DNA of 39,964 nucleotides from the IMG/VR virus record IMGVR_UViG_3300048672_000524, positions 64,001 through 103,964 of that record; one strand, given 5' to 3'. Below are positions 6,685 to 14,878 of this stretch, piece after piece. The stretch's first letter is position 1. Every line of letters begins with the position of its first letter. The translations under genes were made by a program, and so were the position numbers. This DNA is from a virus (Duplodnaviria; Heunggongvirae; Uroviricota; Caudoviricetes). The notes beneath the pieces were generated by a model. That model was not told where the DNA came from. It searched no databases and worked only from the letters and a program-made list of their open reading frames with translations.

Positions 6685-7905
6685 ATGACTTGGTATAAAC
6701 CAAATACATGGTTTACCTCTAACGAAGAAAAGCTTAATCCCGCCCAGGCGATGATTAGTCGTGAACAGGGTCTGTTTATTAATACAGACGCTGTAATCAC
6801 ATATAACCAAGCTTTTGAAAAGTTAGAAGTTGTAAACCGCGGTATCAATATGATAGTTAGTGCTTGCGCTAGTCTTGATTATGATATTAAAGACAAAAAG
6901 ACTGATGGTGTAGTAGGCGGCATGCGACAAAAGCAGTTAGCTACTCTACTTAACTTTACAGCTAATCCATACCAGTCATCACAAGATTTTAGAGTAAACA
7001 TATTTACTGACTTCTTACTAGAAGGCAATATATTCGTTTACTATGATGGTGTTTATATGTACCATCTACCTGCCTCTAGAGTAGTGGTAGAAACTGATCC
7101 AAAAACATTTGTACGTGAATATACGTATAACCGTACTATTACATTCAAACCAGAAGAAATTATCCATATTAAAGACCTTAGTAGTATTTCTGTATATCGT
7201 GGCACTAGTAGACTAGCAGCCGCGGAAAGAAGTATTAAGACTTTATATAAGATGCAAGCTTTCCAAGATCAATTCTTTGAAAACGGTGCTGTAGCTGGTT
7301 TAATCCTTACTTCTGATAATACTTTAAGTCAAGTAGCTAAAGATAAGACGATTGCTTACTGGCAGTCGCGCTATAGCCCTAAGAATGGCGCTAAAAAGCC
7401 AATGATCTTAGATAGTGGACTTAAACCTTTTGCGGGTATTACACAGACCTTCCAAGAAATGGATTTTGATACAAGTATCAAGACCCATGATGAGAAAATT
7501 CTAAAAGCACTGGGTGTCCCACCTATTCTTTTAGATGGCGGTAATAACGCTAATATCTCTCCAAATTTAAGACTGTTCTATTTAGAAACTATTCTACCTA
7601 TTGTACAGAAGTTTACTTCTGCAATTGAACGCTATTATGGCTACGATGTAGAACCAGTTACTACTAATGTATCAGCCTTGCAGCCTGAGTTGAAAGACAT
7701 TGCTGCATATCTTACAACCCTTGTTAATGGTGGCGTAATGGCTCCTAATGAAGCAAGAGTTGAATTACGCTTAGCAGCAAAACCAGGTCATGACGATTTA
7801 CGTATTCCAGCAAATATCGCAGGCTCTGCAGCTAATCCAAGCGTAGGTGGTGCGCCTCCTAAACCACCTAATAGTGGTAAGGAACCCGCCAATGGTGGGA
7901 AATAA
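6685..7905 (+). CDS. portal protein (HK97/T5 type)
   Basis: 'NPYQSSQDF', 'EIIHIK', 'FFENGAVAG', 'ALGVPPILL', 'TPNEAR'-like 'APNEAR'. Confidence 0.95.
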   Translation: MTWYKPNTWFTSNEEKLNPAQAMISREQGLFINTDAVITYNQAFEKLEVVNRGINMIVSACASLDYDIKDKKTDGVVGGMRQKQLATLLNFTANPYQSSQDFRVNIFTDFLLEGNIFVYYDGVYMYHLPASRVVVETDPKTFVREYTYNRTITFKPEEIIHIKDLSSISVYRGTSRLAAAERSIKTLYKMQAFQDQFFENGAVAGLILTSDNTLSQVAKDKTIAYWQSRYSPKNGAKKPMILDSGLKPFAGITQTFQEMDFDTSIKTHDEKILKALGVPPILLDGGNNANISPNLRLFYLETILPIVQKFTSAIERYYGYDVEPVTTNVSALQPELKDIAAYLTTLVNGGVMAPNEARVELRLAAKPGHDDLRIPANIAGSAANPSVGGAPPKPPNSGKEPANGGK

Positions 7906-7930
7906 GCCACCCAAGTAAGTAAGGAGTCAC

Positions 7931-9904
7931 ATGAAAGATAAAGTACTACATATTAATAGTACTTTTACTGTCGACAAGAGCCTAGTTGTAAAAGACGGCG
8001 AAGGTTCTACTGACTCGATTTATATTGAAGGGTACGCAAGTACTAATGATGTAGATAGAGCTGGTGATGTAGTAAGTTCTTCAGTTTGGGAAACTGGAAT
8101 GAAGAACTACTTAAATAATCCGATTATTCTGGCCAACCACGATTATGATGATCCAATTGGTAGAATGGTGGAGCATAGAACTGACAGTAAGGGTCTATGG
8201 ATTAAAGCACGTATTTCAGCAGCTGCTGAAATATTTGGCCTTGTTAAAGACGGGGTCGTAACCGCATTCAGTATCGGTTTTAGAATCGTCGATGCTGAGT
8301 ACAATTCAGCCGCTGAGGTATTCGTTATCAAGCAGATTGAACTTATTGAGATTTCAGTAGTTTCAGTTCCTTGTAACCAAAATACTTTATTCAGCTTATC
8401 TAAAGCATTCGATAATGCTGAAGAATATAAGAAATTTAAAGAGCAATTTACATCTAATGCAGAATCAGCTAAAGGGCTAGAATCTACTGCAGCTGTAGAG
8501 AGCGTAACAAAGAAGGAATGGAATATGAGTCCAGAAGAAATGCAAAAAATGCTTGCTGATGCCGCTAAGTCTGCTGCTGAAGAAGCTACCAAGGCCCTAC
8601 TAGCTGTTCAAGCCAAGGAAAAGGCCGATAAAGAAGCTGCTGAAAAGGCTGCTAAGGAACTAGAAGATCGCGTTAAGGCTGCCGTAGAAGCACAAGTTAG
8701 TGTTGGTAAGTCAGGTGCAGAACGTCTTCTAGAAGATATTACTAAGCGTTTTGAAGAACAGTCAAGTGCTTCAAAGAGCGCTCTTGAAGGTCTAGAAGCT
8801 ACCATCAAGGAAAAGACTGCAGAACTATCACGTATTCAATCTAGCAAGATGCAGTTTGAAGACAAGTCAAAGGGTGGCGATTCAAGCTACGCTGACCGTG
8901 AAAAGGCTGTTCTACTAGGTAAGGTATCTGGTAAGGGTGTAACTGGAACTCGTTTCGGTGCTGCTCTAGTTGAAAAGGTTGGTGCTCACCTACCTTCAGC
9001 TACCTGGGAACTAGAAGTTTCACTAAACATGGAACAAGAAGTTCGTCGTAAGCTAGTAGTTGCTCCTCTACTACGTAACGTTTCTATGCAAACTAACGTT
9101 ATGACACTACCAGTAAACCCTGAAGCCGGTGTGGCATCATGGGTTACTAACGCCCAGTTCGGTACTACCGCTTCATCTGGTGGTACTACTGCTACTACAG
9201 GTCAAACTCCTGGTTCAGGCTCACCTCACGTATTAAAGGAAATTACCCTTAATGCTTACAAGGTAGCTACCAACGAATACCTAGCATACGAAGAAGAAGA
9301 AGATTCACTACTAGTAATTATGCCTATCGTGCGCGATGCTATGGTACGTCGTCTAGCTCGTTCAGTTGACCGTGCTTACCTTCTAGGTGCTGGTGCTGGT
9401 GCTGACCCAGTTAAGGGTATCTCTATTTATGATGCTACTTCAGTAGTAACTCCTACTAACACCGGTGTAGCAACTATTGCTAACTTACGTGCTCTACGTA
9501 AGGACCTTGGTGCTTGGGGTCTTGATCCTGCTGAGCTAGTATATGTAGTTTCTACAGAAGTATACTACGATCTATTAGATGACACTAGCTTCCAGACCAT
9601 GGCACAAGTTGGTCCACAAGCTACTCTACTAACTGGTCAAGTTGGTTCACTTGGTAATACTCCAGTTCTAGTATCTGCTGAATTCCCAAGTAAGGCTGGT
9701 GGTGGTGCTACCGCTGCTACCAACATTGGTGCTCTATGCTTTGCACCTGGTAACTTCCTTGCTGGTAATCAGCGTGGTCTACGTTTTGATACTCAAGAAC
9801 TAGTTGAATCACAACGTCGTGTTCTAGTAGGCTCACTACGTACTGGTCTAGTACAAGTTACTACCAACCTAGGTCCTGCTGTATCTACTCTACGTTGGAG
9901 TTAA
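7931..9904 (+). CDS. fused prohead protease - scaffolding (delta) domain - HK97-fold major capsid protein
   Basis: aa 1-~160: HK97 protease ('IEGYAST', 'ILANHD', 'AFSIGF', 'EISVVSVPCN'); Ala/Glu/Lys-rich coiled coil; T5 pb8-like capsid C-terminus; no stop between the parts. Confidence 0.92.
   Translation: MKDKVLHINSTFTVDKSLVVKDGEGSTDSIYIEGYASTNDVDRAGDVVSSSVWETGMKNYLNNPIILANHDYDDPIGRMVEHRTDSKGLWIKARISAAAEIFGLVKDGVVTAFSIGFRIVDAEYNSAAEVFVIKQIELIEISVVSVPCNQNTLFSLSKAFDNAEEYKKFKEQFTSNAESAKGLESTAAVESVTKKEWNMSPEEMQKMLADAAKSAAEEATKALLAVQAKEKADKEAAEKAAKELEDRVKAAVEAQVSVGKSGAERLLEDITKRFEEQSSASKSALEGLEATIKEKTAELSRIQSSKMQFEDKSKGGDSSYADREKAVLLGKVSGKGVTGTRFGAALVEKVGAHLPSATWELEVSLNMEQEVRRKLVVAPLLRNVSMQTNVMTLPVNPEAGVASWVTNAQFGTTASSGGTTATTGQTPGSGSPHVLKEITLNAYKVATNEYLAYEEEEDSLLVIMPIVRDAMVRRLARSVDRAYLLGAGAGADPVKGISIYDATSVVTPTNTGVATIANLRALRKDLGAWGLDPAELVYVVSTEVYYDLLDDTSFQTMAQVGPQATLLTGQVGSLGNTPVLVSAEFPSKAGGGATAATNIGALCFAPGNFLAGNQRGLRFDTQELVESQRRVLVGSLRTGLVQVTTNLGPAVSTLRWS
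8513..8527 (+). promoter_or_regulatory. internal in-frame RBS and ATG (codon 199) of the protease-capsid ORF
   Basis: AAGGA at 8513-8517, 7 nt before the ATG at 8525 (MSPEEMQKMLA...), giving a 459-aa product. Confidence 0.65.
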
Positions 9905-9913
9905 TCTAACGAT

Positions 9914-9941
9914 GATAGGGAACTTCGGTTCCCTATCTTTT
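9914..9941 (+). terminator. Rho-independent terminator after the capsid gene
   Basis: GATAGGGAAC-TTCG-GTTCCCTATC-TTTT (cUUCGg tetraloop). Confidence 0.9.
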
Positions 9942-9972
9942 ATAAGGTACTTATGGTATCTTATAAAAGATA
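9934..9972 (+). other. 17-bp alternative hairpin overlapping the capsid terminator
   Basis: TATCTTTTATAAGGTAC-ttatg-GTATCTTATAAAAGATA, one G-U pair. Confidence 0.6.
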
Positions 9973-9985
9973 ATAAGGAATAAAA

Positions 9986-10564
9986 ATGGGATTAGATTTA
10001 TTTACATTAGCTGAATATAAAGCTTATATGGGTATTACTAATCCCAGCGATGATGCAGCTATTAGCGCATTAATTCCAAAAGTTAGTAATATCGTAAAAA
10101 CTATTTGCAAAAGAACCTTCGTAGACTATGTAAATGATAGTAAGGTAGAAGTTTCTAGAGGTGGCAAAGGTTACTTAGATCTATCAGAATATCCGGTTCT
10201 ATCAGTATCGTCTGTAGAGTTTTCTGATACATATGGTCAATCTTACACTACTCTTACAGAATTTATAGACTATATAGTCGATGCGGAAGCTGAGAAAGTA
10301 GTATTTATTGCCGGCCCGTATAACTCAAATGTATCACAGCCTAATAGATTTAAGGTTACGTATACTGCAGGATACGAAGAACTACCAGTAGACCTAAAAC
10401 TAGCCTTATTCGATCTAGTTACCTACTATAGACGTGGTGACGGAGCAATTCACTCCCATAAGAATCCAGGTTCTAATACTGTACTTATTGACTATATTAC
10501 TAATAATAAGTTACCAGCACATATTAGTCGTATCCTAGAACTTTATATGGCACACTATGGCTAA
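9986..10564 (+). CDS. head-tail adaptor / head completion protein (T5 p144-like)
   Basis: Position after the capsid gene; 'TLAEYKAY', 'VTYTAGYEELPVDLKLALFDLV', 'LPAHISRIL'. Confidence 0.85.
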   Translation: MGLDLFTLAEYKAYMGITNPSDDAAISALIPKVSNIVKTICKRTFVDYVNDSKVEVSRGGKGYLDLSEYPVLSVSSVEFSDTYGQSYTTLTEFIDYIVDAEAEKVVFIAGPYNSNVSQPNRFKVTYTAGYEELPVDLKLALFDLVTYYRRGDGAIHSHKNPGSNTVLIDYITNNKLPAHISRILELYMAHYG

Positions 10565-11924
10565 GAAGATGACGCTAGAGGACGCAATATCCATAGCGGA
10601 TAAGGATATTAGTAAGGTACTAGCTACCGACTTTAGACCTATACTTAATAAAAGAGTAACTATTCTTGATCTATCGTATGACGCCTTAAAGGTAAACGTA
10701 TATAGAAATACTAAGGCTCACTTAGACGCTTATAATGAAGCGTATAAAACTCTAGTACAAGTACTAGACGAAAAAGTTACTAGAACATATAGATCGTTAG
10801 AGGAACTACCAGTAGGATACTTTGATAATGCTACTGCACCTTTCGTATATATTAATGGAGGAGACTCTAGTAGATTCATAGTTGCTAAGAACTTCGAAGC
10901 TATTAGAAAATTTGTAACCTCATATATTAGTAGTGATCCAAGGTTAGTAAAAACTAGTTTCGGGCAGACTACGTTATATAAAGACGAACTTAATAGTAAG
11001 GGGCTACCTAATGGAAGTTATACTAAAACTACTAGAACTAAGGTAGATATTGGACATATATCTTCAGCTGATAATGATAATCTGATTTCTCCATTAGAAC
11101 TAAAGTTATCTAGTATACTAGAATTAGGTGTGCAGAAGGCTAACCCTATTATAATTCAGGAAGCTAATAAAGCCCTTTCTGATCTATATAAAGTTCAGGC
11201 TGAAGCTTCTTATTCTTTCAAGAATACTACTCCAGAGGCTATTAAATTAGCAAGAGATACATTAGGTGAAGCGTACGTTGTAGTTACACTTCATAGACAG
11301 AAACTTAATAATAAGTTCTCTACCGAGGAATTAGCAATTTTTAATAGGCTGAGAGCTAACTTAGCTCTTAAATTAAAGAAAGTATCTTTCGAGAATATTG
11401 AAGGATCTAATTCTATAATAGAGGATATTGTTGAGGGAATAGTAAATACTTTATCTGGTAATAAAAAGTCACTAAAGTCTCATAATACTCATAAAGTTTC
11501 CAAAAGTAAAACAGTATCGGGTTCTGCAAAAGTATCTAGTAATAAGTTAGATATTAAAAAAGATCCTAGTAAGTCAACTTCTTCACTACCACCTACTCTA
11601 TCATTAGCTTCTCTACTAACTTTATTACGTAGAGATATTAGAGCTAAGCTAGAGATAAATATGGGTGATGGGTCAAGGCGAGATATTCTTAATTACCGCT
11701 CAGGTAGATTTGCTAATACCGTAAGTATTAATAGACTTACTCAGTCAAAAGAAGGAATGATTTCCGTATTCTATGACTATATGAAATATCCATACGCTAC
11801 TTTCTCTGAAGGTGGTGAACAAGACAAGCCAAAATCAAGAGACCCTAAAACTTTAATTTCTAGATCAATTCGAGAGATTGGAGCTTCTGTGGTAGCTAAC
11901 CGTATGAGAGCCATTGTAGTATGA
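10557..11924 (+). CDS. tail completion protein (T5 p143-like C-terminus, long N-terminal part)
   Basis: C-terminal 'LNYRSGRFAN...YDYMKYPYATF...RDPKTLISRSI' resembles recalled T5 p143; syntenic position. Confidence 0.7.
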   Translation: MAKKMTLEDAISIADKDISKVLATDFRPILNKRVTILDLSYDALKVNVYRNTKAHLDAYNEAYKTLVQVLDEKVTRTYRSLEELPVGYFDNATAPFVYINGGDSSRFIVAKNFEAIRKFVTSYISSDPRLVKTSFGQTTLYKDELNSKGLPNGSYTKTTRTKVDIGHISSADNDNLISPLELKLSSILELGVQKANPIIIQEANKALSDLYKVQAEASYSFKNTTPEAIKLARDTLGEAYVVVTLHRQKLNNKFSTEELAIFNRLRANLALKLKKVSFENIEGSNSIIEDIVEGIVNTLSGNKKSLKSHNTHKVSKSKTVSGSAKVSSNKLDIKKDPSKSTSSLPPTLSLASLLTLLRRDIRAKLEINMGDGSRRDILNYRSGRFANTVSINRLTQSKEGMISVFYDYMKYPYATFSEGGEQDKPKSRDPKTLISRSIREIGASVVANRMRAIVV

Positions 11925-12361
11925 GCAGAAGAACAAGTATTATTAATGCTATCGTAGAAAAACTAAGAACCATTGATGGTACTGGAAGCTTCAAGACTAA
12001 TATCTATGGGGCAGCATACGGTAAGTTAAAGTTCTGGGACGAGATTCAGCAGTTTCCTGCAATCTATCTAGTTGCAGGAACTGAGACTAGAGAGTACCAC
12101 CCTTCCGATTTTACCTGGGGATACTTAAATATCTCTTTAAAGGTATATTGCAAAGGACCCGATTCCGGTGATGAACTAGAAAGTCTACTAGAAGACGTAG
12201 AGCTAGTACTTCATGATAATAGGAATCTAGTATATGATCCAGTAACTCTAGATCATACTACTGAAATATTGATTACAGCTATAGTAACTGATGAAGGATT
12301 ACTAGCTCCCTACTCAATAGCAGAATTAAATCTGCAAGTAAGATATCAAGTATCACATTAA
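11921..12361 (+). CDS. tail terminator protein (T5 p142-like)
   Basis: 'RRTSII.AIV', 'EIQQFPAI', 'TDEGLLAPYSIAELNLQVRY'. Confidence 0.85.
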   Translation: MSRRTSIINAIVEKLRTIDGTGSFKTNIYGAAYGKLKFWDEIQQFPAIYLVAGTETREYHPSDFTWGYLNISLKVYCKGPDSGDELESLLEDVELVLHDNRNLVYDPVTLDHTTEILITAIVTDEGLLAPYSIAELNLQVRYQVSH

Positions 12362-12450
12362 GGCCGCCATCGCCTTACAATCTACGATAGTGCGTACAGA
12401 TAAATATCTAGTCAATCTTTAGTAGATTTACCTAACTACAGGAGAAATCT

Positions 12451-13890
12451 ATGGCATCATCATTTAATCTATTACGTAATAGTAGAGTATTCTTTACTAC
12501 CGACGTAGCAGCGGGAACTGGTATTGTAAACCAGGGTACCCTAACTGCACCAGGTACTCAAGAACTAACTATTCTTGATAACTTCTCATTCTCACAAGGT
12601 GTAAATAACGACGTTATTACTGTATCAGAAACTGGTAATACTCCAGCTCGTGGTCAACGTAGCTTCAATACTGCACTAAATCCAGTTGAATTCTCATTCT
12701 CAACCTATGTACGTCCTTACGTATCAGGCACTGTTAAGGCTGACGAATCAAATCTTTGGAACGCTCTATTTAACGATAAGGCTCTTTCAACTGCTGCTAC
12801 TACCATTGGTACCGCTGCTACTACAGCAAGCTGCACCACTGCGGGTGTACTTACTATTGTTAGTACTGCGCTAAATACTCTAACTCCAGGTGCTATCTAC
12901 ACTGCTAAGGGTATTACAGGTGCTTTTGCTAGTCAGTTTAACGCTCCTTTCAAGGTAACCTCAAGTTCAGCTACTACCCTAATTGGTCAGTACTTAACTG
13001 CTCCAGCTAACGCGGCTTCTCTTGCAGCAGCGGGTGTTACAGTAGGTGTTTCATTCACTCAAGTTGCATGGAACGAAAACGTTGGCGTTGCTGCAGATAC
13101 TTCAATCGGTAATACTGCATACTCAGAACTAACAACTGCTCGTTCAAACATTAACCAACTACTACCATTCGGTCTAGTTGTTGTTATTGATAGCGTAACC
13201 TATGTAATTGATAACGCTGCACTTGATCAAGCCTCTATCGACTTCGGTCTAGATGGTATTGCTACAGTTCAATGGACTGGTAAAGCTACCGCACTGCGCC
13301 AATTAGCACAAACTACTATCGTAGGTACTACCCTAACAGGTGGTGCGGCGGGCACAGTTACTGGTAAGTCAGCAGCTGCTTCAACTCGTTATATTACCAA
13401 TAAGCTATCAACTGTAGCAATCAATGCTAACATCGGTGGTGGTGGTACTACTTATAACGTACCTATTACTGGCGGTAGCATCCAAATTAGCAATAACATT
13501 AACTATGTTACCCCTGCTAACCTTGGTGTTGTTAATACACCTATAGGTTACTACACTGGTTCACGTGCTATTACTGGTTCGCTAAACGCTTACCTACGTG
13601 CAGGTACTGGTTCTGGTCAGCTAATGAGCGATATGCTTGCTGTAGCTTCAACCACTATTGAACCTAAGTTCCAGTTATCTATTGCTATCGGTGGTAGTAC
13701 AAATGCTACTCGTGTGGAGGTTCTGGCAAACGGCGCAAGCTTACAGATTCCTACAATCGATGCACAGTCAGTTATCTCAACAGTAATTAACTTTACCGTA
13801 CAGGGTGCTGATGCTATTCAAGGTATCGCAGGTGCTGCTTACGACCTTGAAGCAACTAACGATCTACGTATTCGTTACTTCAGTAATTAA
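12451..13890 (+). CDS. major tail tube protein (T5 pb6-like)
   Basis: 'LLRNSRVF', 'RGQRSFNTALNPVEFSFSTYVRPY', 'RAITGSLNAYL'; codon usage like the capsid gene; AGGAG RBS. Confidence 0.9.
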   Translation: MASSFNLLRNSRVFFTTDVAAGTGIVNQGTLTAPGTQELTILDNFSFSQGVNNDVITVSETGNTPARGQRSFNTALNPVEFSFSTYVRPYVSGTVKADESNLWNALFNDKALSTAATTIGTAATTASCTTAGVLTIVSTALNTLTPGAIYTAKGITGAFASQFNAPFKVTSSSATTLIGQYLTAPANAASLAAAGVTVGVSFTQVAWNENVGVAADTSIGNTAYSELTTARSNINQLLPFGLVVVIDSVTYVIDNAALDQASIDFGLDGIATVQWTGKATALRQLAQTTIVGTTLTGGAAGTVTGKSAAASTRYITNKLSTVAINANIGGGGTTYNVPITGGSIQISNNINYVTPANLGVVNTPIGYYTGSRAITGSLNAYLRAGTGSGQLMSDMLAVASTTIEPKFQLSIAIGGSTNATRVEVLANGASLQIPTIDAQSVISTVINFTVQGADAIQGIAGAAYDLEATNDLRIRYFSN

Positions 13891-13898
13891 TTACTGAA
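13879..13898. repeat. perfect 20-bp palindrome spanning the tail-tube stop codon
   Basis: TTCAGTAATT|AATTACTGAA. Confidence 0.8.
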
Positions 13899-13903
13899 TT
13901 TAT

Positions 13904-13935
13904 AGGACTCGGTACGCGCACCGAGTCCTCTTTTT
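13904..13935 (+). terminator. Rho-independent terminator after the tail tube gene
   Basis: AGGACTCGGT-acgcgc-ACCGAGTCCT-c-TTTTT. Confidence 0.9.
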
Positions 13936-13972
13936 CCAAAATTGTTACATTACTATAAAAGGATATAAATCC

Positions 13973-14410
13973 ATGGCTGCAGAAAAGACCGTTACCCTAT
14001 CACTTAAGTCACTTCTAGTTCCTAGTAAACTAATCGAAGTTGACTATCCAGGTTTTGATGGGTTTAAGGTTCAACTATCATTCCTATCACGTGAAACTCT
14101 TATGAATATTCGTAAGAAGGCCACTAAGGTAGTATTCAAGCAACGTCAACCAGTTGAAGAACTAAATGACGAACTATTCCTACAGTTATATGTAGATGCT
14201 AGTATTAAGGGTTGGACAGGCTTAAAGCTTTCTTACCTAGAACAACTAGCTCCAGTTGACCTAGCCGGTCAGTCTGATCTAGATGCTGTACTTGAATACA
14301 CCGCAGAAAATGCTCTATTCTTAATGAAGAACTCAAGCAATTTCGATGCATGGGTAAGCGAACAGGTTACAGAACTGGGAAACTTTCAGAAGTCCAGCGC
14401 AGCCAAGTAA
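13973..14410 (+). CDS. tail assembly chaperone (gpG-like)
   Basis: Between the tail tube and tape measure genes; AAAGGA RBS; carries a slippery heptamer near its 3' end. Confidence 0.85.
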   Translation: MAAEKTVTLSLKSLLVPSKLIEVDYPGFDGFKVQLSFLSRETLMNIRKKATKVVFKQRQPVEELNDELFLQLYVDASIKGWTGLKLSYLEQLAPVDLAGQSDLDAVLEYTAENALFLMKNSSNFDAWVSEQVTELGNFQKSSAAK

Positions 14411-14766
14411 TTGAGCAATTCGAGTCATACTTCCAGAATTCCGCTGTAGGTATGACTAAGGATCAATACTTTGAAATGTGTGAAATGATGGGTAATGAAC
14501 CTCTAGATGAAGAAATTCCTGTAGAGTTCAATGATCTTACCCTAGAGCTTCAGGAAGCGCTGCAGATATACAATAACTTGCAGGATTCCTGGGATTATAT
14601 GGGTGGCAATTATATAGGTAAAAATATGACTGGATTCATAGATATTCTTAATATTTATGAAATTGCTCCAGAAGATAGACGCCATATATATGAGCTTATT
14701 TTACATATAGATAAGATACGCGCTAAGCAAATACGGGATTCAAAACCCAAACAAAAAGCCTCCTAA
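14350..14766 (+). CDS. tail assembly chaperone frameshift extension (gpT-like), probably expressed as a G-T fusion from 14377
   Basis: Overlaps the upstream ORF in the -1 frame; no obvious RBS at the 14350 ATG. Confidence 0.8.
   Translation: MGKRTGYRTGKLSEVQRSQVIEQFESYFQNSAVGMTKDQYFEMCEMMGNEPLDEEIPVEFNDLTLELQEALQIYNNLQDSWDYMGGNYIGKNMTGFIDILNIYEIAPEDRRHIYELILHIDKIRAKQIRDSKPKQKAS
14377..14383 (+). promoter_or_regulatory. -1 programmed ribosomal frameshift site G GGA AAC
   Basis: X XXY YYZ heptamer correctly phased (GGA starts at codon 136 of 13973..14410); the -1 frame continues as GKLSEVQRSQ... Confidence 0.85.
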
Positions 14767-14782
14767 TTTAGGGGGCTTTTTT
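14753..14782. terminator. Rho-independent terminator (possibly bidirectional)
   Basis: AAAAA-GCCTCCTAA-T-TTAGGGGGC-TTTTTT, containing the gpT stop codon. Confidence 0.75.
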
Positions 14783-14802
14783 ACGTCCATAAAAAATTAT
14801 AC

Positions 14803-14831
14803 TTGACACTAAACACCTATGATGCTATAAT
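14803..14831 (+). promoter_or_regulatory. consensus sigma70 promoter for the tape measure operon
   Basis: TTGACA-17 nt-TATAAT with TGn and an A-tract UP element. Confidence 0.9.
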
Positions 14832-14878
14832 CACTAGGTTACTAAAAATACGTCCCAGAATAAGAAAGCGGAGACCGT

